Assembly: GCA_050951805.1 (NCBI GenBank)
Contig: JBMNJT010000005.1
Location: 13,976-77,975, forward strand
Direction: 5' to 3'
Source: Bacillota bacterium
Lineage (GTDB): Bacteria; Bacillota; DTU025
DNA: 64,000 nucleotides
Shown: one piece after another, positions 28,624 to 38,683 of the stretch
Layout: every line of letters starts with the position of its first letter
Position numbering within the stretch: position 1 is the first letter of the stretch
The notes under the pieces: model-generated
Database searches by the model: none
What the model was told of the DNA's origin: nothing
Seen by the model: the letters and a program-made list of their open reading frames with translations, nothing else
Made by a program: the position numbers and the translations under genes

Positions 28624-30735
28624 CTACTTTGCGATAATGCACAGCACCTCGCCTGCCCCTTTGGGCAAAGATATCTCTGCAATCTCGGCAGCCCCCCGGC
28701 TCCCCCGCCTATACTCAATTGCGCCTTCGTTGCCGTCTATATCGAAGTATCGCACGCCTTCAATCCCGCCCTCCGGCAGCTCCGTTGCCAGCACGCCGCC
28801 TTCCACTCGCTCAGGGTTCGAGATGATGTACAGATCGCCACCCCCGTCAAGACGCCAATGAACCACTTCCATGCCTTCGGGCTTCTCGACTATTCCTTCA
28901 TCATCAACGAATGTCCCCCTTTTGAAGAAGGGGTTGAGCCTGTTCCTCAAGGTGATCGCGGCCTTCAGGTACGCGTGGAGCTCATCTTCGAGCGTGGCAG
29001 CCTTTTCGAGGCCCACCCAGAACACAGAGCCCAAAAGCAGCGCCCTGTTGAGATCCTTGTGGAGCCTACACGCTCTGGCCTCGCCTTCCAGATGACGCTT
29101 GGGGTTGCACATGTTCACTTGAACATACTCTGGAAACGTATACTTGAACAGGTTGTAAAACTCGTCATAATCCTCGCCGTTCCAAGTGAGGCTTCCCCAG
29201 ACGTACGACCCGTATATGTCTCCGCAGTTCTCGATCATCAAAAATGAGTCTTCATTGATGCTGCGGATTCGGGCAAGAAGCTCCCTGAGAACTCTGAGAT
29301 AGCCCTGGTTGAATCGGCCAATGTCGCTATGGGTGTGATCAGGATCGTAGCATGGAAACGGCTCTGCCGACCCGAGCTGGTCAAGGTAGATGCCCTTAGC
29401 ACCGTAGCTTCGAACCATCCAGCTTCCCATCTCTATAAGGTAATCCTGCCACTCCTTGTTCGAAGGGCAAAGCACCACGAACTCGTGGGGACCGTATACC
29501 TCGTGGTACATCTCGCCTGCATGGTCCTTCATCGCCCATTTCTTGCCCAAAGTATCGAAGAAGTCGGACTTGACATGGAAGATTCGCGAGTTGATGTAGA
29601 ATGTTACAAATCCCTCGTTCTCATTGACATACCGACACCCTTCAGCCAGCTGCCATGGCGTGCCGAGCTCCATGTCGGGTTGGTATTCCGGGTAATCCTG
29701 GTCGAATCCGCTCCGGTTCCATGAAGCGATGAACATGTGCCGCATGCCATAATCTAGTCGGCCCGCATCATACATCGATGGTATATCGCTAAAGCGGTTG
29801 AAGATAACACCATTTCTCTTGAAATTGTAGCACTGGTTCAGTATCGTCTCATCCTTCAGATACTCTGGATTGTCGGGCATTTCGATGATGCCGTCGATCC
29901 ACTTTCTGTACCTTCGCGCACCCCAGTGCCAGTCCTTGGTGGTAATGGCCACAGCAGACGGATTCGATCGCCACGTCTCGCCCTGCTTCACCACGACGTA
30001 TTTCCGGAGGCCCCATCCCATCCACGGATCATCCGGCCCGCCCGTCTCGACTCTCAGTCCTGTAACGAGGAAGTCCTTGTCATATGAAGCCAGATAGAAA
30101 CCATTGCGGTCGTCATAATAGTACATCCAGTCCATTGACGCCAGACCGCAGTAGTTGATTTCCCTGCTGAACACCCCGTCCTTCCCGCGCGTGGTAGCCC
30201 CCCTCCCGAAACCGAGGTAGCGCTCGGTCGTATACTCTCTCACAGGCGCAAGTGTTCGCTCGCCTGCGTGGTGAGGGTATATGATTACATCATCCTCCCA
30301 TGTCTCTCCCAAGTAAAACCCGCGGAAATAGGGGAATAGGACTTCAACCACCTTGTAACGCTCGTCCTCGTTGCGGATCTCAATCGTCCACAGGCTCTCA
30401 GGATCATCATCTGCGGCATCAATGTTCACAGTTGCCCCTATATTTGCAGGTGCCTCGGCTGCCCCTGCAATGCGGCCACTATCGAAAGAAATCGCAAGCG
30501 ATGATCTATCCCCCGCGACGCCCTCCTCGATGTTCACCGCGCTTTCCGGCAAAACCTCAACTTTCTCACCGGTCTCTTTGTCAATGCAGTATAGCTTGTA
30601 CATGGAACCCGCAGCAGTACAAGACTTCAAGTAATCATCACCAGTAAAACGATTCACGAGCCGACTTGTGCAGCCCCGTTCGCCATCTATGTAGAGCTCG
30701 AAATGCCTGTTGCCCAGAGAATACTCCTCAGTCAC
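28624..30735 (-). CDS. Cytoplasmic glycoside-hydrolase-like protein (DUF6259-like)
   Basis: 703 aa; DWHWGARRYRKW, GFDQDYPEY, FYINSR, GIYLDQLG, CY-x-x-x-H-x-H, E-N-CGD pattern of a TIM-barrel GH-like domain; no signal peptide. Confidence 0.65.
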   Translation of the reverse strand: MTEEYSLGNRHFELYIDGERGCTSRLVNRFTGDDYLKSCTAAGSMYKLYCIDKETGEKVEVLPESAVNIEEGVAGDRSSLAISFDSGRIAGAAEAPANIGATVNIDAADDDPESLWTIEIRNEDERYKVVEVLFPYFRGFYLGETWEDDVIIYPHHAGERTLAPVREYTTERYLGFGRGATTRGKDGVFSREINYCGLASMDWMYYYDDRNGFYLASYDKDFLVTGLRVETGGPDDPWMGWGLRKYVVVKQGETWRSNPSAVAITTKDWHWGARRYRKWIDGIIEMPDNPEYLKDETILNQCYNFKRNGVIFNRFSDIPSMYDAGRLDYGMRHMFIASWNRSGFDQDYPEYQPDMELGTPWQLAEGCRYVNENEGFVTFYINSRIFHVKSDFFDTLGKKWAMKDHAGEMYHEVYGPHEFVVLCPSNKEWQDYLIEMGSWMVRSYGAKGIYLDQLGSAEPFPCYDPDHTHSDIGRFNQGYLRVLRELLARIRSINEDSFLMIENCGDIYGSYVWGSLTWNGEDYDEFYNLFKYTFPEYVQVNMCNPKRHLEGEARACRLHKDLNRALLLGSVFWVGLEKAATLEDELHAYLKAAITLRNRLNPFFKRGTFVDDEGIVEKPEGMEVVHWRLDGGGDLYIISNPERVEGGVLATELPEGGIEGVRYFDIDGNEGAIEYRRGSRGAAEIAEISLPKGAGEVLCIIAK

Positions 30736-30739
30736 CTCA

Positions 30740-31483
30740 TTAGTAACCTACCTTCTCATATTCTGCCCACGCCTTGGCATTGAACTCCCCAGCGCCGGGC
30801 ATGTTGTTGCTCATGTATATGTGCGGCTTCTTGCCCCGCTCGAGCATCATCTCGACTACGCGCGCCTGAACCGCCCAGATGATGTATGAGGCGGCGATGC
30901 CCGACGACGGGCAGATGCCTTGCTCAAGCTCATCCACGTAGACCAGAGTATCGCCCACATTCGAACAATTGTCGAGCACGATGTCGCACACTTCAAATAG
31001 TCTTTTCCCGCTGGAATGCTTGGCCTCAAGGTTGCTGGAATATTCGACCGCCGTGAGCCCGATTACAGTCAACCCCAGTTTCTTCGCATCCATAGCCATC
31101 TGAACAGGCATGATGTTGATGCCCGAGACTGACCCTACAAGCAGCACATCGCCGGGCAGCATATTGCTTTTCTCGACTATGAACTGGGGCAGCCCTTCTA
31201 TGGAGTCCATGAAGACCCGCTTTTTTGAGACCCCCCGCTCTCTGTAGCGGACGGGGTTTTCAACGTTGAGAGAGACTCTCACCGGTCGGACCGCCATAAG
31301 GCCGCCTGTCCTTCCAATCGCCTCGTACATGAGCATGTGCCCCGTGTCCATGATATGCCACGCCCCGTCTGAAAGCAGGGATTCTGTTATGGCCTCGGCA
31401 CTTTTCTCGATCGCCTCCATCTGCGTGGATTCGATCCGTTCAAGAACAGCCTTCATGTTGGCAAAATACTCTGATGTAAGCAT
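30740..31483 (-). CDS. SIS-domain sugar isomerase-like protein
   Basis: DTGH, RTGGL, SVSGIN, HSSGKRLFEVCDIVLDN, GD; GAGGTG SD. Confidence 0.85.
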   Translation of the reverse strand: MLTSEYFANMKAVLERIESTQMEAIEKSAEAITESLLSDGAWHIMDTGHMLMYEAIGRTGGLMAVRPVRVSLNVENPVRYRERGVSKKRVFMDSIEGLPQFIVEKSNMLPGDVLLVGSVSGINIMPVQMAMDAKKLGLTVIGLTAVEYSSNLEAKHSSGKRLFEVCDIVLDNCSNVGDTLVYVDELEQGICPSSGIAASYIIWAVQARVVEMMLERGKKPHIYMSNNMPGAGEFNAKAWAEYEKVGY

Positions 31484-31589
31484 ACACACGCACCTCACGA
31501 TACTTGCTAGGTTAAACGTCGCGGGTATTCCTAACGCGACAGGGCGCACCTGTTGCAGGGCGCCCCGTCACGCATCTATTGGATGAAAA

Positions 31590-32855
31590 CTAGAACTTGC
31601 CTGACAGGATATCCGCCGCCTGCTTCTCAACGGCCTTCACGGCATCCTCCACAGACTTCTGGCCCAACCACATCAGGTCGAATTCCTGCTCCACCATTTT
31701 GAAGAAGTCGACGCCATACACTGGCGATGGGAACGGTTTGCTGAAGGAGAGGGACTCGATCAGGTACTTGTGATCAGGACGGATCTTCACAAAAGCGCTG
31801 ACATTTGTATCCTTCCTTGCGGGAAGGCCCATGCCGCTCATGAGGGCTATCTCCTGCGCTTCCTTGCTGGCGAAGAACTTCAGCACGCGCCAGGAGAGAT
31901 CCGGCCTCTTCGCTCCCGACGGGATGGCCCAGGCATTCACGAATGCAGTGGTTACGCGCTGCTTGCCCTTGGGCAGCGGTCTGATCACGTAATCAACCCC
32001 GGCGTTTTTCAGGTCGACTGTGGTAGACAGTCCGCCTTCAACCATTGCAACTCGGCCCGCGATGAACGGTGCCGTCTGAGCATTTCCGAACTGGCGAGCT
32101 TGTGTTTCTGTGGGCATCACGCCGTCAACCGCCAACTTCTGCAGGAACTTCAGAGCCTCAATGGTTTCAGGCTTCCCTATGAGGGACTTGCCTTCCTTGG
32201 TGCAAAGGCCTCCGCCGTTCTGCATAAGCCAATGGGTAAACCCATCCATGTACTTTCTGAAGTAGAATCCCCACTGATCCGGCTTTCCGTCGCCATCGAT
32301 GTCGCGGGTCATCTTTCTAGCTATAGCCTCGAAGTCGGCCCACGTCCAGTCCTCATCCGGTATCGCAACTCCTGCTTCCTTGAAGAGCTTCGTGTTGAAG
32401 AACATGACCTTGCTCGTGATGTCTCTCGGCATGGCATAGAAGCTGCCATTATACGTAAGGGCATCGGCCACGACCGGGAAGAGCTGCTTCATCTCGTCTT
32501 TGTAGTCCTTCTGAATGTACTTGTCGAGGTTCATGATCGCACCCTTGGATGCGTAGACTGGGATCTTGTCCATGGCAAGCATCATGACGTCAGGAAGGTC
32601 GGCGCCGCCTGCAATCATGACAAGCATTTTATCGGCGTATCCGCTTCCTACCTGTAGATACTCGAGTTCCAGGTCGGGGTTGAGTTCTTCGAACTTCGCC
32701 TTGAGCCGCTTAAGCGGCTCGCTAGATGTGAAGTCCCACCAGGATATAACCTGAACCTTGGTCCTGTTCGACTTTGCTTCCATAGGTACACACATTGAAA
32801 GCATGACTACCACAACTGCTGCTGAAAGCAACGCCCTTCTGAAAGAAGGTTTCAT
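31590..32855 (-). CDS. Sugar ABC transporter substrate-binding protein
   Basis: Signal peptide, LPDVMM, YAMPRD, FNTKLFKEAG, WTW. Confidence 0.92.
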   Translation of the reverse strand: MKPSFRRALLSAAVVVVMLSMCVPMEAKSNRTKVQVISWWDFTSSEPLKRLKAKFEELNPDLELEYLQVGSGYADKMLVMIAGGADLPDVMMLAMDKIPVYASKGAIMNLDKYIQKDYKDEMKQLFPVVADALTYNGSFYAMPRDITSKVMFFNTKLFKEAGVAIPDEDWTWADFEAIARKMTRDIDGDGKPDQWGFYFRKYMDGFTHWLMQNGGGLCTKEGKSLIGKPETIEALKFLQKLAVDGVMPTETQARQFGNAQTAPFIAGRVAMVEGGLSTTVDLKNAGVDYVIRPLPKGKQRVTTAFVNAWAIPSGAKRPDLSWRVLKFFASKEAQEIALMSGMGLPARKDTNVSAFVKIRPDHKYLIESLSFSKPFPSPVYGVDFFKMVEQEFDLMWLGQKSVEDAVKAVEKQAADILSGKF

Positions 32856-32990
32856 CTTTTCACTTCCTCCTTTTTGCTTGCGGAAAGGTAGTATTCACAC
32901 GGTTCAGCAGTGATCAGATCATCGACGCTTCGTAGCCGGTCTACCGCCCCCTTAAGTTGATGCATTACCATGACAGCCTTTGTCCAAACC

Positions 32991-33833
32991 CTATCGTCCC
33001 CCCATTCCGGATGTGAGCGATCCAGCCATGAAATACTGCTGGAAACAGATGAATATGAGGATGACGGGGACAATAGCTATTGTAGTGCCAGCCATGAGAA
33101 TATCCCAGCTTGACTGAGCATTGCTCTGCAAATATGTCAGGCCGACCTGTATTGGCATTTTCATAAAATCGTTTATTACCACATTAGGCCAGAGGAAGCT
33201 GTTCCATTCAGTCTTGAATCCTATGATCGCCAGGGCCGCCAGAGCCGGTCTGGAATTAGGCATCATGATGTTCCACCAGACGCCCCATTGCGAGCAACCA
33301 TCAATCAAGGCAGCCTCCTCGAGTTCCCGGGGAATGCTCAGAAAATGCTGGCGCATAAAGAAGATCTTAAACACCAAGCTTGCGCTGAATATTGCAGGGA
33401 TTATCAGGGCTATATACCTGTTGACCCATCCCAGTTTAATCATCAAGGCATATCTTGGAATCAACGTTACGTGTCCCGGAAGCATCATTACTCCCAGCAG
33501 CAACATGAAGATGAAATCCCTGCCCTTAAACTCCAAGCGGGCAAAGGCATATGCCGCCATCGACGCCAGGATTATCGAGATCGCAGGAACTACTGTGGCT
33601 AGAAACATCGAGTTGAGAAGGAACCGGCCGAACGGAAGCAGTTCAAGAACCCTCTTGTAGTTGTTGAGGGTGAACGGTTTTGGAATCAGGTCGAGCGGGT
33701 TCCCTCCGTATATCTGCTGATTGGTCTTAAACGACGCTGTCACTGACCAGACAAAGGGATATATCATTATCACAGCCAGGAAGATAAGTACTATATACAA
33801 AATCACAGTGGAGATTCTCTTCTTGCGCTTCAT
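32991..33833 (-). CDS. Sugar ABC transporter permease (MalG-type)
   Basis: AAYAFARL, SIPRELEEAALIDG, WNSFLWP. Confidence 0.93.
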   Translation of the reverse strand: MKRKKRISTVILYIVLIFLAVIMIYPFVWSVTASFKTNQQIYGGNPLDLIPKPFTLNNYKRVLELLPFGRFLLNSMFLATVVPAISIILASMAAYAFARLEFKGRDFIFMLLLGVMMLPGHVTLIPRYALMIKLGWVNRYIALIIPAIFSASLVFKIFFMRQHFLSIPRELEEAALIDGCSQWGVWWNIMMPNSRPALAALAIIGFKTEWNSFLWPNVVINDFMKMPIQVGLTYLQSNAQSSWDILMAGTTIAIVPVILIFICFQQYFMAGSLTSGMGGR

Positions 33834-33853
33834 GTTCTTTCCCCCTCCCCGGC

Positions 33854-34798
33854 CTAGTAGCCGATCTCCTCTTTTTTGCGACGGGCATTAAACTGAAGGA
33901 TCGTTACCACAAACAAGATGGCAAAGAGTATCCACGCCATAGCCGACGCATAGCCCATCCTGTATCTCTCGAATGCTTGGGTATAGATGTAGTAGAGGAT
34001 CGTGTTGGTGGTTCCGCCGGGACGCCCTTCAGTCATTACATAGATCGCTTCAAAGAGGTTGAAGGCTTCGATCGTCAACATGATGGTGGCGAATACTGTG
34101 GTATTTGCGAGAAGAGGAATCGTGATGCTCTTTATCTGCTGCCATTTGGTGGCCCCGTCTATTTCTGCCGCTTCATAGAGGTCCTTTGGGATGTTCTGAA
34201 GGCCCGTGAGATACATGATCATGTAGTAACCCGACACCTGCCAAATGCGCATGATGCTTAAGGCGGGTTTCGCCCATTTGACACTTTCCAGCCAGCGAGG
34301 GGGATTAGCAACCCCCAAGAACTGTAGGATAGTGTTGAGCACTCCCTGGTCCGGGTTGAATATCCACAGCCACACCATTCCGATAGCGACGGTAGACGTG
34401 ATCGATGGCATATAGTAGGCCCCTCTGAAAAACTTGAACCCTGGCCGCTCCTTATTGAGCGCTATAGCCATAGCCATTGCCAGGATTATCCCCAAGGGAA
34501 CGATGGCTACAACAAAATAGAGGGTGTTTCCCATGCATTGGATGAAATTGGGATCTTTGAACGTTCGCGCGTAATTGGCCAGTCCAACCCATTTGGGAGG
34601 GGTGAGAAGATCCCAGCTTGTAAAGGATACGTACAGTGAATAGACAAGTGAGCCGTAGACGAATATGCCGAGGCCTATCAGTGATGGCAACACAAAAGAC
34701 CACGCGGTAAGCTCGCGTCTGAGGGCAGCGCGTCTCTTGTTGCTAGGCTTCGGACTTCCGGAAGTAGTGGCCAGTCCACTATCAGCTTGCTTTCCCAT
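33854..34798 (-). CDS. Sugar ABC transporter permease (MalF-type)
   Basis: WVGLANY, LQNIPKDLYEAAEIDGA, GYASAMA. Confidence 0.93.
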   Translation of the reverse strand: MGKQADSGLATTSGSPKPSNKRRAALRRELTAWSFVLPSLIGLGIFVYGSLVYSLYVSFTSWDLLTPPKWVGLANYARTFKDPNFIQCMGNTLYFVVAIVPLGIILAMAMAIALNKERPGFKFFRGAYYMPSITSTVAIGMVWLWIFNPDQGVLNTILQFLGVANPPRWLESVKWAKPALSIMRIWQVSGYYMIMYLTGLQNIPKDLYEAAEIDGATKWQQIKSITIPLLANTTVFATIMLTIEAFNLFEAIYVMTEGRPGGTTNTILYYIYTQAFERYRMGYASAMAWILFAILFVVTILQFNARRKKEEIGY

Positions 34799-34996
34799 GT
34801 AGCCAACCTCCATTAAGAAGAGTGCACGGTAAGTATCACAACTCGCTACTGACCATATATAAGCTACAGCATCTCCGTGATAACCTTGGATTTTGCCCCA
34901 AGGCTTAATACTGTGTTATTCGCAAGCCAACATTCCTAGTTATATTTATTATACTCTTTCTATCTATAACTCAAGATCCCTTCTTCGAATCCACGT

Positions 34997-35983
34997 TTAC
35001 GGACGGAGCTCGTCGAACCCCTCAGCGCACGCCAGGATGCGGTTCGATCTCTCCCAATCTAGTTCAATTCCTGCCAGATCATACGCTATAAGCAACGCGC
35101 CACCTGCAGGTGAAAGCTTCGGATCGGCTATCTTGCAGCTCGGATCGATCCGCTTTATCGTAGCCGCAAACGAATCGCGCAAGGGCGCTCCAGCCTTGGA
35201 TGCACCCCCTGACAGGGCAACCGGACACCCCTGACCCTTCATACCCAAACCGTTGATTATGTGTCCCCCAAGCCTTCCCAAGTCGGCTCCGGCATCAGCC
35301 AGTATCCTGCAGGCTACGTCATCTCCCTGGGCCGCCGCGGACGAAACAGCCATCGCAAATCCCGCTATTCGCTCCCGAGTCAGTCCAGCTTTGATAATGT
35401 CCCTGGCACGCTCGACAACGAACATCTCCATGGCCATATCCATGAGCACAGTAGCTTCGCATCTGCCTTCCGAAGCAAGGGCAACAGCCCGGAGCCCGGC
35501 AAGTCCGATTGCATAACCACTTCCCTCGTCTCCTAGGAGAGGGCCCCAGCCACCGGCGGTCAAGGTGCGCCCGTCCGAAGAGCGTCCCATCGCAAAAGAT
35601 CCAGTGCCTGCAAGGACAACGACCCCGTATCCCTCCGGGAAAGCTCCGCGGAAGGTAGCATAGTCATCGCCTTCGACCTGCAGAACGTCGTAGGCCACCA
35701 AACCCGACAGGCCAGCTTCGATTATCTCCCTACTCGCCCCCGGCACACTGGCATAAACAGCCCGCACGTGCACAGGCGCATCGGCCTCGTCTGACAGCCC
35801 TGCCCGCTCCATCGCACCCTTCGCCGCATTCTGCACAGACTCGATTGCAGTACTATCAGGAACAAAGAGGGCATTCACGGGGCCGCCCTTCCCTATTCCC
35901 AGCACCTGACCGCAGCTATCCGCAATAACAAGGACAGTTTTGGTGCCGCCGCCATCGAGCGCCGCCACTAGATCTTCTTTCAT
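34997..35983 (-). CDS. BadF/BadG/BcrA/BcrD-type sugar kinase (N-acetylglucosamine kinase-like)
   Basis: LDGGGTKT, LAGTGS, AGGWG-x-LLGDEGSG. Confidence 0.88.
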   Translation of the reverse strand: MKEDLVAALDGGGTKTVLVIADSCGQVLGIGKGGPVNALFVPDSTAIESVQNAAKGAMERAGLSDEADAPVHVRAVYASVPGASREIIEAGLSGLVAYDVLQVEGDDYATFRGAFPEGYGVVVLAGTGSFAMGRSSDGRTLTAGGWGPLLGDEGSGYAIGLAGLRAVALASEGRCEATVLMDMAMEMFVVERARDIIKAGLTRERIAGFAMAVSSAAAQGDDVACRILADAGADLGRLGGHIINGLGMKGQGCPVALSGGASKAGAPLRDSFAATIKRIDPSCKIADPKLSPAGGALLIAYDLAGIELDWERSNRILACAEGFDELRP

Positions 35984-36011
35984 CTGATGTTCCTCCCAAG
36001 ATGAATCATAC

Positions 36012-36743
36012 CTACAACGACTTTATCATCGGCCTGTATCTTTCCAAAAGCTTCGCATTGTGTTCCATGCCCCCCGGTATGTTAGCGCTCTTGAAGATGG
36101 GCGGATCAATGCCTCTGGCAACCAGGTTTTCCACTACACCAATGGTGATGGCATTGACTATTGCAGCGCCTATTACCGTGGATACGGGAGCAATCTTCTG
36201 GGCCACGCCATCTACTTCTATAGCTGCATCGCCATATAGAACAAGAGTGTCAATTACCACGTCCCCGACCTCGCACAAGCGCACGTTTCTGTCGTTCCTC
36301 AGCGGAGTGGCGCGGGAGTATTCCACAGCAGTAAGCGCTACTACCTTTACACCAGCGGCCTTTGCCTCGCAAGCCATCTCGACAGGCACCTGATTGACTC
36401 CGGAGGTGGACGCCACGATTATCACATCGCCGGACTTGACTGACGATTCGTCGAGGACGATCTTGGCCAGCCCGGGAAGACGCTCCATTTTCGAGCTCTT
36501 CCCTGCACCGTAATTGACCATCAGCGCCGGCTCGAGTATGGCATTTACAGGGGCTAACCCTCCTGCTCTGTAAAAGAGCTCCTCGCCTAGCATGTGAGAA
36601 TGCCCTGGGCCGAAATAGTGCAATATGCGTCCTTCTGCCAAAGAATCAGCAACCAACTCCGAGGCCTTCTCTATGTTGCCGCATTGGGATTGATGGACTC
36701 TGGACAGCAAAGCCTCTACAAGCTCGAAATACTCATCCACCAA
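36012..36743 (-). CDS. SIS-domain protein (UPF0309-like)
   Basis: FGPGHSHM, FYRAGGL, STSGVN, PPIFKSAN-x-PGG. Confidence 0.88.
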   Translation of the reverse strand: MVDEYFELVEALLSRVHQSQCGNIEKASELVADSLAEGRILHYFGPGHSHMLGEELFYRAGGLAPVNAILEPALMVNYGAGKSSKMERLPGLAKIVLDESSVKSGDVIIVASTSGVNQVPVEMACEAKAAGVKVVALTAVEYSRATPLRNDRNVRLCEVGDVVIDTLVLYGDAAIEVDGVAQKIAPVSTVIGAAIVNAITIGVVENLVARGIDPPIFKSANIPGGMEHNAKLLERYRPMIKSL

Positions 36744-36762
36744 CCTTCGCCTCCCTACCTCG

Positions 36763-37494
36763 TCAACGAGTGTTCATGTAGACATGCAGCTTGTATCTGT
36801 CTCCCCTGTATACCGATGCAGTATATTCAATGGGAGTTTCCGAAGAATCGTAGGCAATGCGTTCAACGCGAAGGACAGGGGCGCCACGCCTGATCCCCAA
36901 CAGTTCGGCCTCTCTTGACTTGCACAGGGAAGCCTCGAAACTCTGCTTGGCCCATATGGGATCTATGTGATATCTCGTCCTAAGCAGTTCATACAAGGAT
37001 TTATCCTCTATGTACTCATCCAAAAGTCCGGGGCAAAGGGCTGCAGGCATCCTAAATATTTCAATGGCCATTGGCTCACCTTCGGCAAGACGAACACGCT
37101 CTATCATCACCACAAGCGAACCCTCATCGAGCCTGAGCGCTCGTGCCGTCGCAACGTCAGCTTCTTCCTCGGAAGCTAGAACCACCCGGCCACCCGGGAC
37201 TAGCCCCCGGGATCTCATGTCCTCAGAGAAACTGGTCAATTTGACCAGTTGCTGGCTGAACTTGCGTTGGGCAACACGAGTGCCCGTGCGAGGCCGCCTT
37301 ATCACTAGGCCTTCCTGCACCAGCATTTGAATGGCCTGTCTCACAGTGATCTGGCTAACACCGTGCATCTCGCATAGTTCACGTTCAGTAGGGATCCTGT
37401 CGCCCGGCCTTAACTCTCCAGTTTCGATTTTGCGTTTCCATATGTCATACACCTGCTGATAAAGGGGCGTAGGAAGATCGTGATTGAGTTCCAC
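36763..37494 (-). CDS. GntR family regulator, HutC/UTRA subfamily
   Basis: PLYQQV, PTERELC, VSQITVRQA, LTSFSEDM, SLYELL, YRGDRY. Confidence 0.93.
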   Translation of the reverse strand: MELNHDLPTPLYQQVYDIWKRKIETGELRPGDRIPTERELCEMHGVSQITVRQAIQMLVQEGLVIRRPRTGTRVAQRKFSQQLVKLTSFSEDMRSRGLVPGGRVVLASEEEADVATARALRLDEGSLVVMIERVRLAEGEPMAIEIFRMPAALCPGLLDEYIEDKSLYELLRTRYHIDPIWAKQSFEASLCKSREAELLGIRRGAPVLRVERIAYDSSETPIEYTASVYRGDRYKLHVYMNTR

Positions 37495-37651
37495 GCATAA
37501 GCACCACCTACAGCGGATCTGGTCCGGGGAAACTCATGTAGCGGTACGTGATATATTCTTTATACTTATTATAGATCCTTCCGTGGCAAAAAGTTTTTCT
37601 CATCCGCCTCAACATCCACTCAACAAGGCGCGGTTCGCCGTGTGCGGCCGT

Positions 37652-37986
37652 CTATGAGTCCTGTCCCGCTTTCGGGTAGATAGTAAACCTCACATCGACG
37701 CCGCAATCCCGCAAAACACTCACTATTGCCTCGGAAAACCCCACGGGGAACCACGTTGTCTTTTGCGCCATGGAACACCCATGTTGGCACATTGGCGAGG
37801 CTTTGGGCTTTCTTCGGATTCGCGAGCCACCCGAATATCGGTACAATCGCCTTTCTCCCACATCATGCAGAAACACGAACAAGGACAATCCTCGTGTTAG
37901 TTGTAATCCTTCGGCAAGTACAGAAAATAATCCGGGCAGACGTTCTTCGCAATCTCCTTCTCCAGCCTCATGTCTTTTTGTCCCAT
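37652..37986 (-). pseudogene. Degraded predicted peptidase/esterase (alpha/beta hydrolase, COG4099-like)
   Basis: Fragments in different frames: YFLYLPKDYN-stop, LFVFLHDVGER, NVPTWVFHGAKDNVVP, VRFTIYPKAG; central GxSxG region missing. Confidence 0.75.
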
Positions 37987-38086
37987 GAACAACATCACCC
38001 TTCTACGTCGAAGCATGTATGCGCAACGCGGTTGTGCGATCCCCACATCTTCCGGAGTATACGCTTATACGATTTACGACTCTATT

Positions 38087-38635
38087 CTAGTTTCCCAACC
38101 CCTTCCCAAGCTCGAACGCCTCTCGCATAGCCTGTGCGTTCCTAGCAGCATCGCCCGGAGCGGATGCTGTGACGCCGAGAACCCCTACAAGATCTATCCC
38201 CGTGTAGTGGAAAGCCGTGCGGAACATGCCGATAACATGTTCCGGGGTCGTCGGATCATCATCACCATAGGCGGTCACGATGATGGCTTTCTTTCCCCTA
38301 AGCCTGTTGCCGTCATCGCCGTTTACCAAGGCATACCATCGATCTATGAAGGCCTTCATCTGTGCAGACGGGCCCCAAAAGTAGACCGGGGTCCCCAGAA
38401 CCAACACATCGGCTTCAGCAATCTTCGGGTATATGCTCCGCATATCGTCATCCTGAACACATATCCCGTTGGTGCTGCATGATTGGCACGCCCTGCACGG
38501 CCTAATATCGGCGGAGGCAACGTCCACGACTTCACAATCCGCGCCCACGCTCGCGACGCCGCGCAGCACTTCGTCGATCAAAGTTCGCGTGTTTCCACAA
38601 GCTCTCGGACTGCCCGAAAAAGCCACAACTTTCAA
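38087..38635 (-). CDS. Flavodoxin-like / iron-sulfur flavoprotein (NADPH-dependent FMN reductase family)
   Basis: SGSPR-x-x-GNT, CRACQSC-x5-C, GTPVYF, MKAFIDR. Confidence 0.9.
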   Translation of the reverse strand: MKVVAFSGSPRACGNTRTLIDEVLRGVASVGADCEVVDVASADIRPCRACQSCSTNGICVQDDDMRSIYPKIAEADVLVLGTPVYFWGPSAQMKAFIDRWYALVNGDDGNRLRGKKAIIVTAYGDDDPTTPEHVIGMFRTAFHYTGIDLVGVLGVTASAPGDAARNAQAMREAFELGKGLGN

Positions 38636-38683
38636 ACAAAGCACCCCCATCAACTTGCCTTAACGCAAAACAACAGTTTCCCG

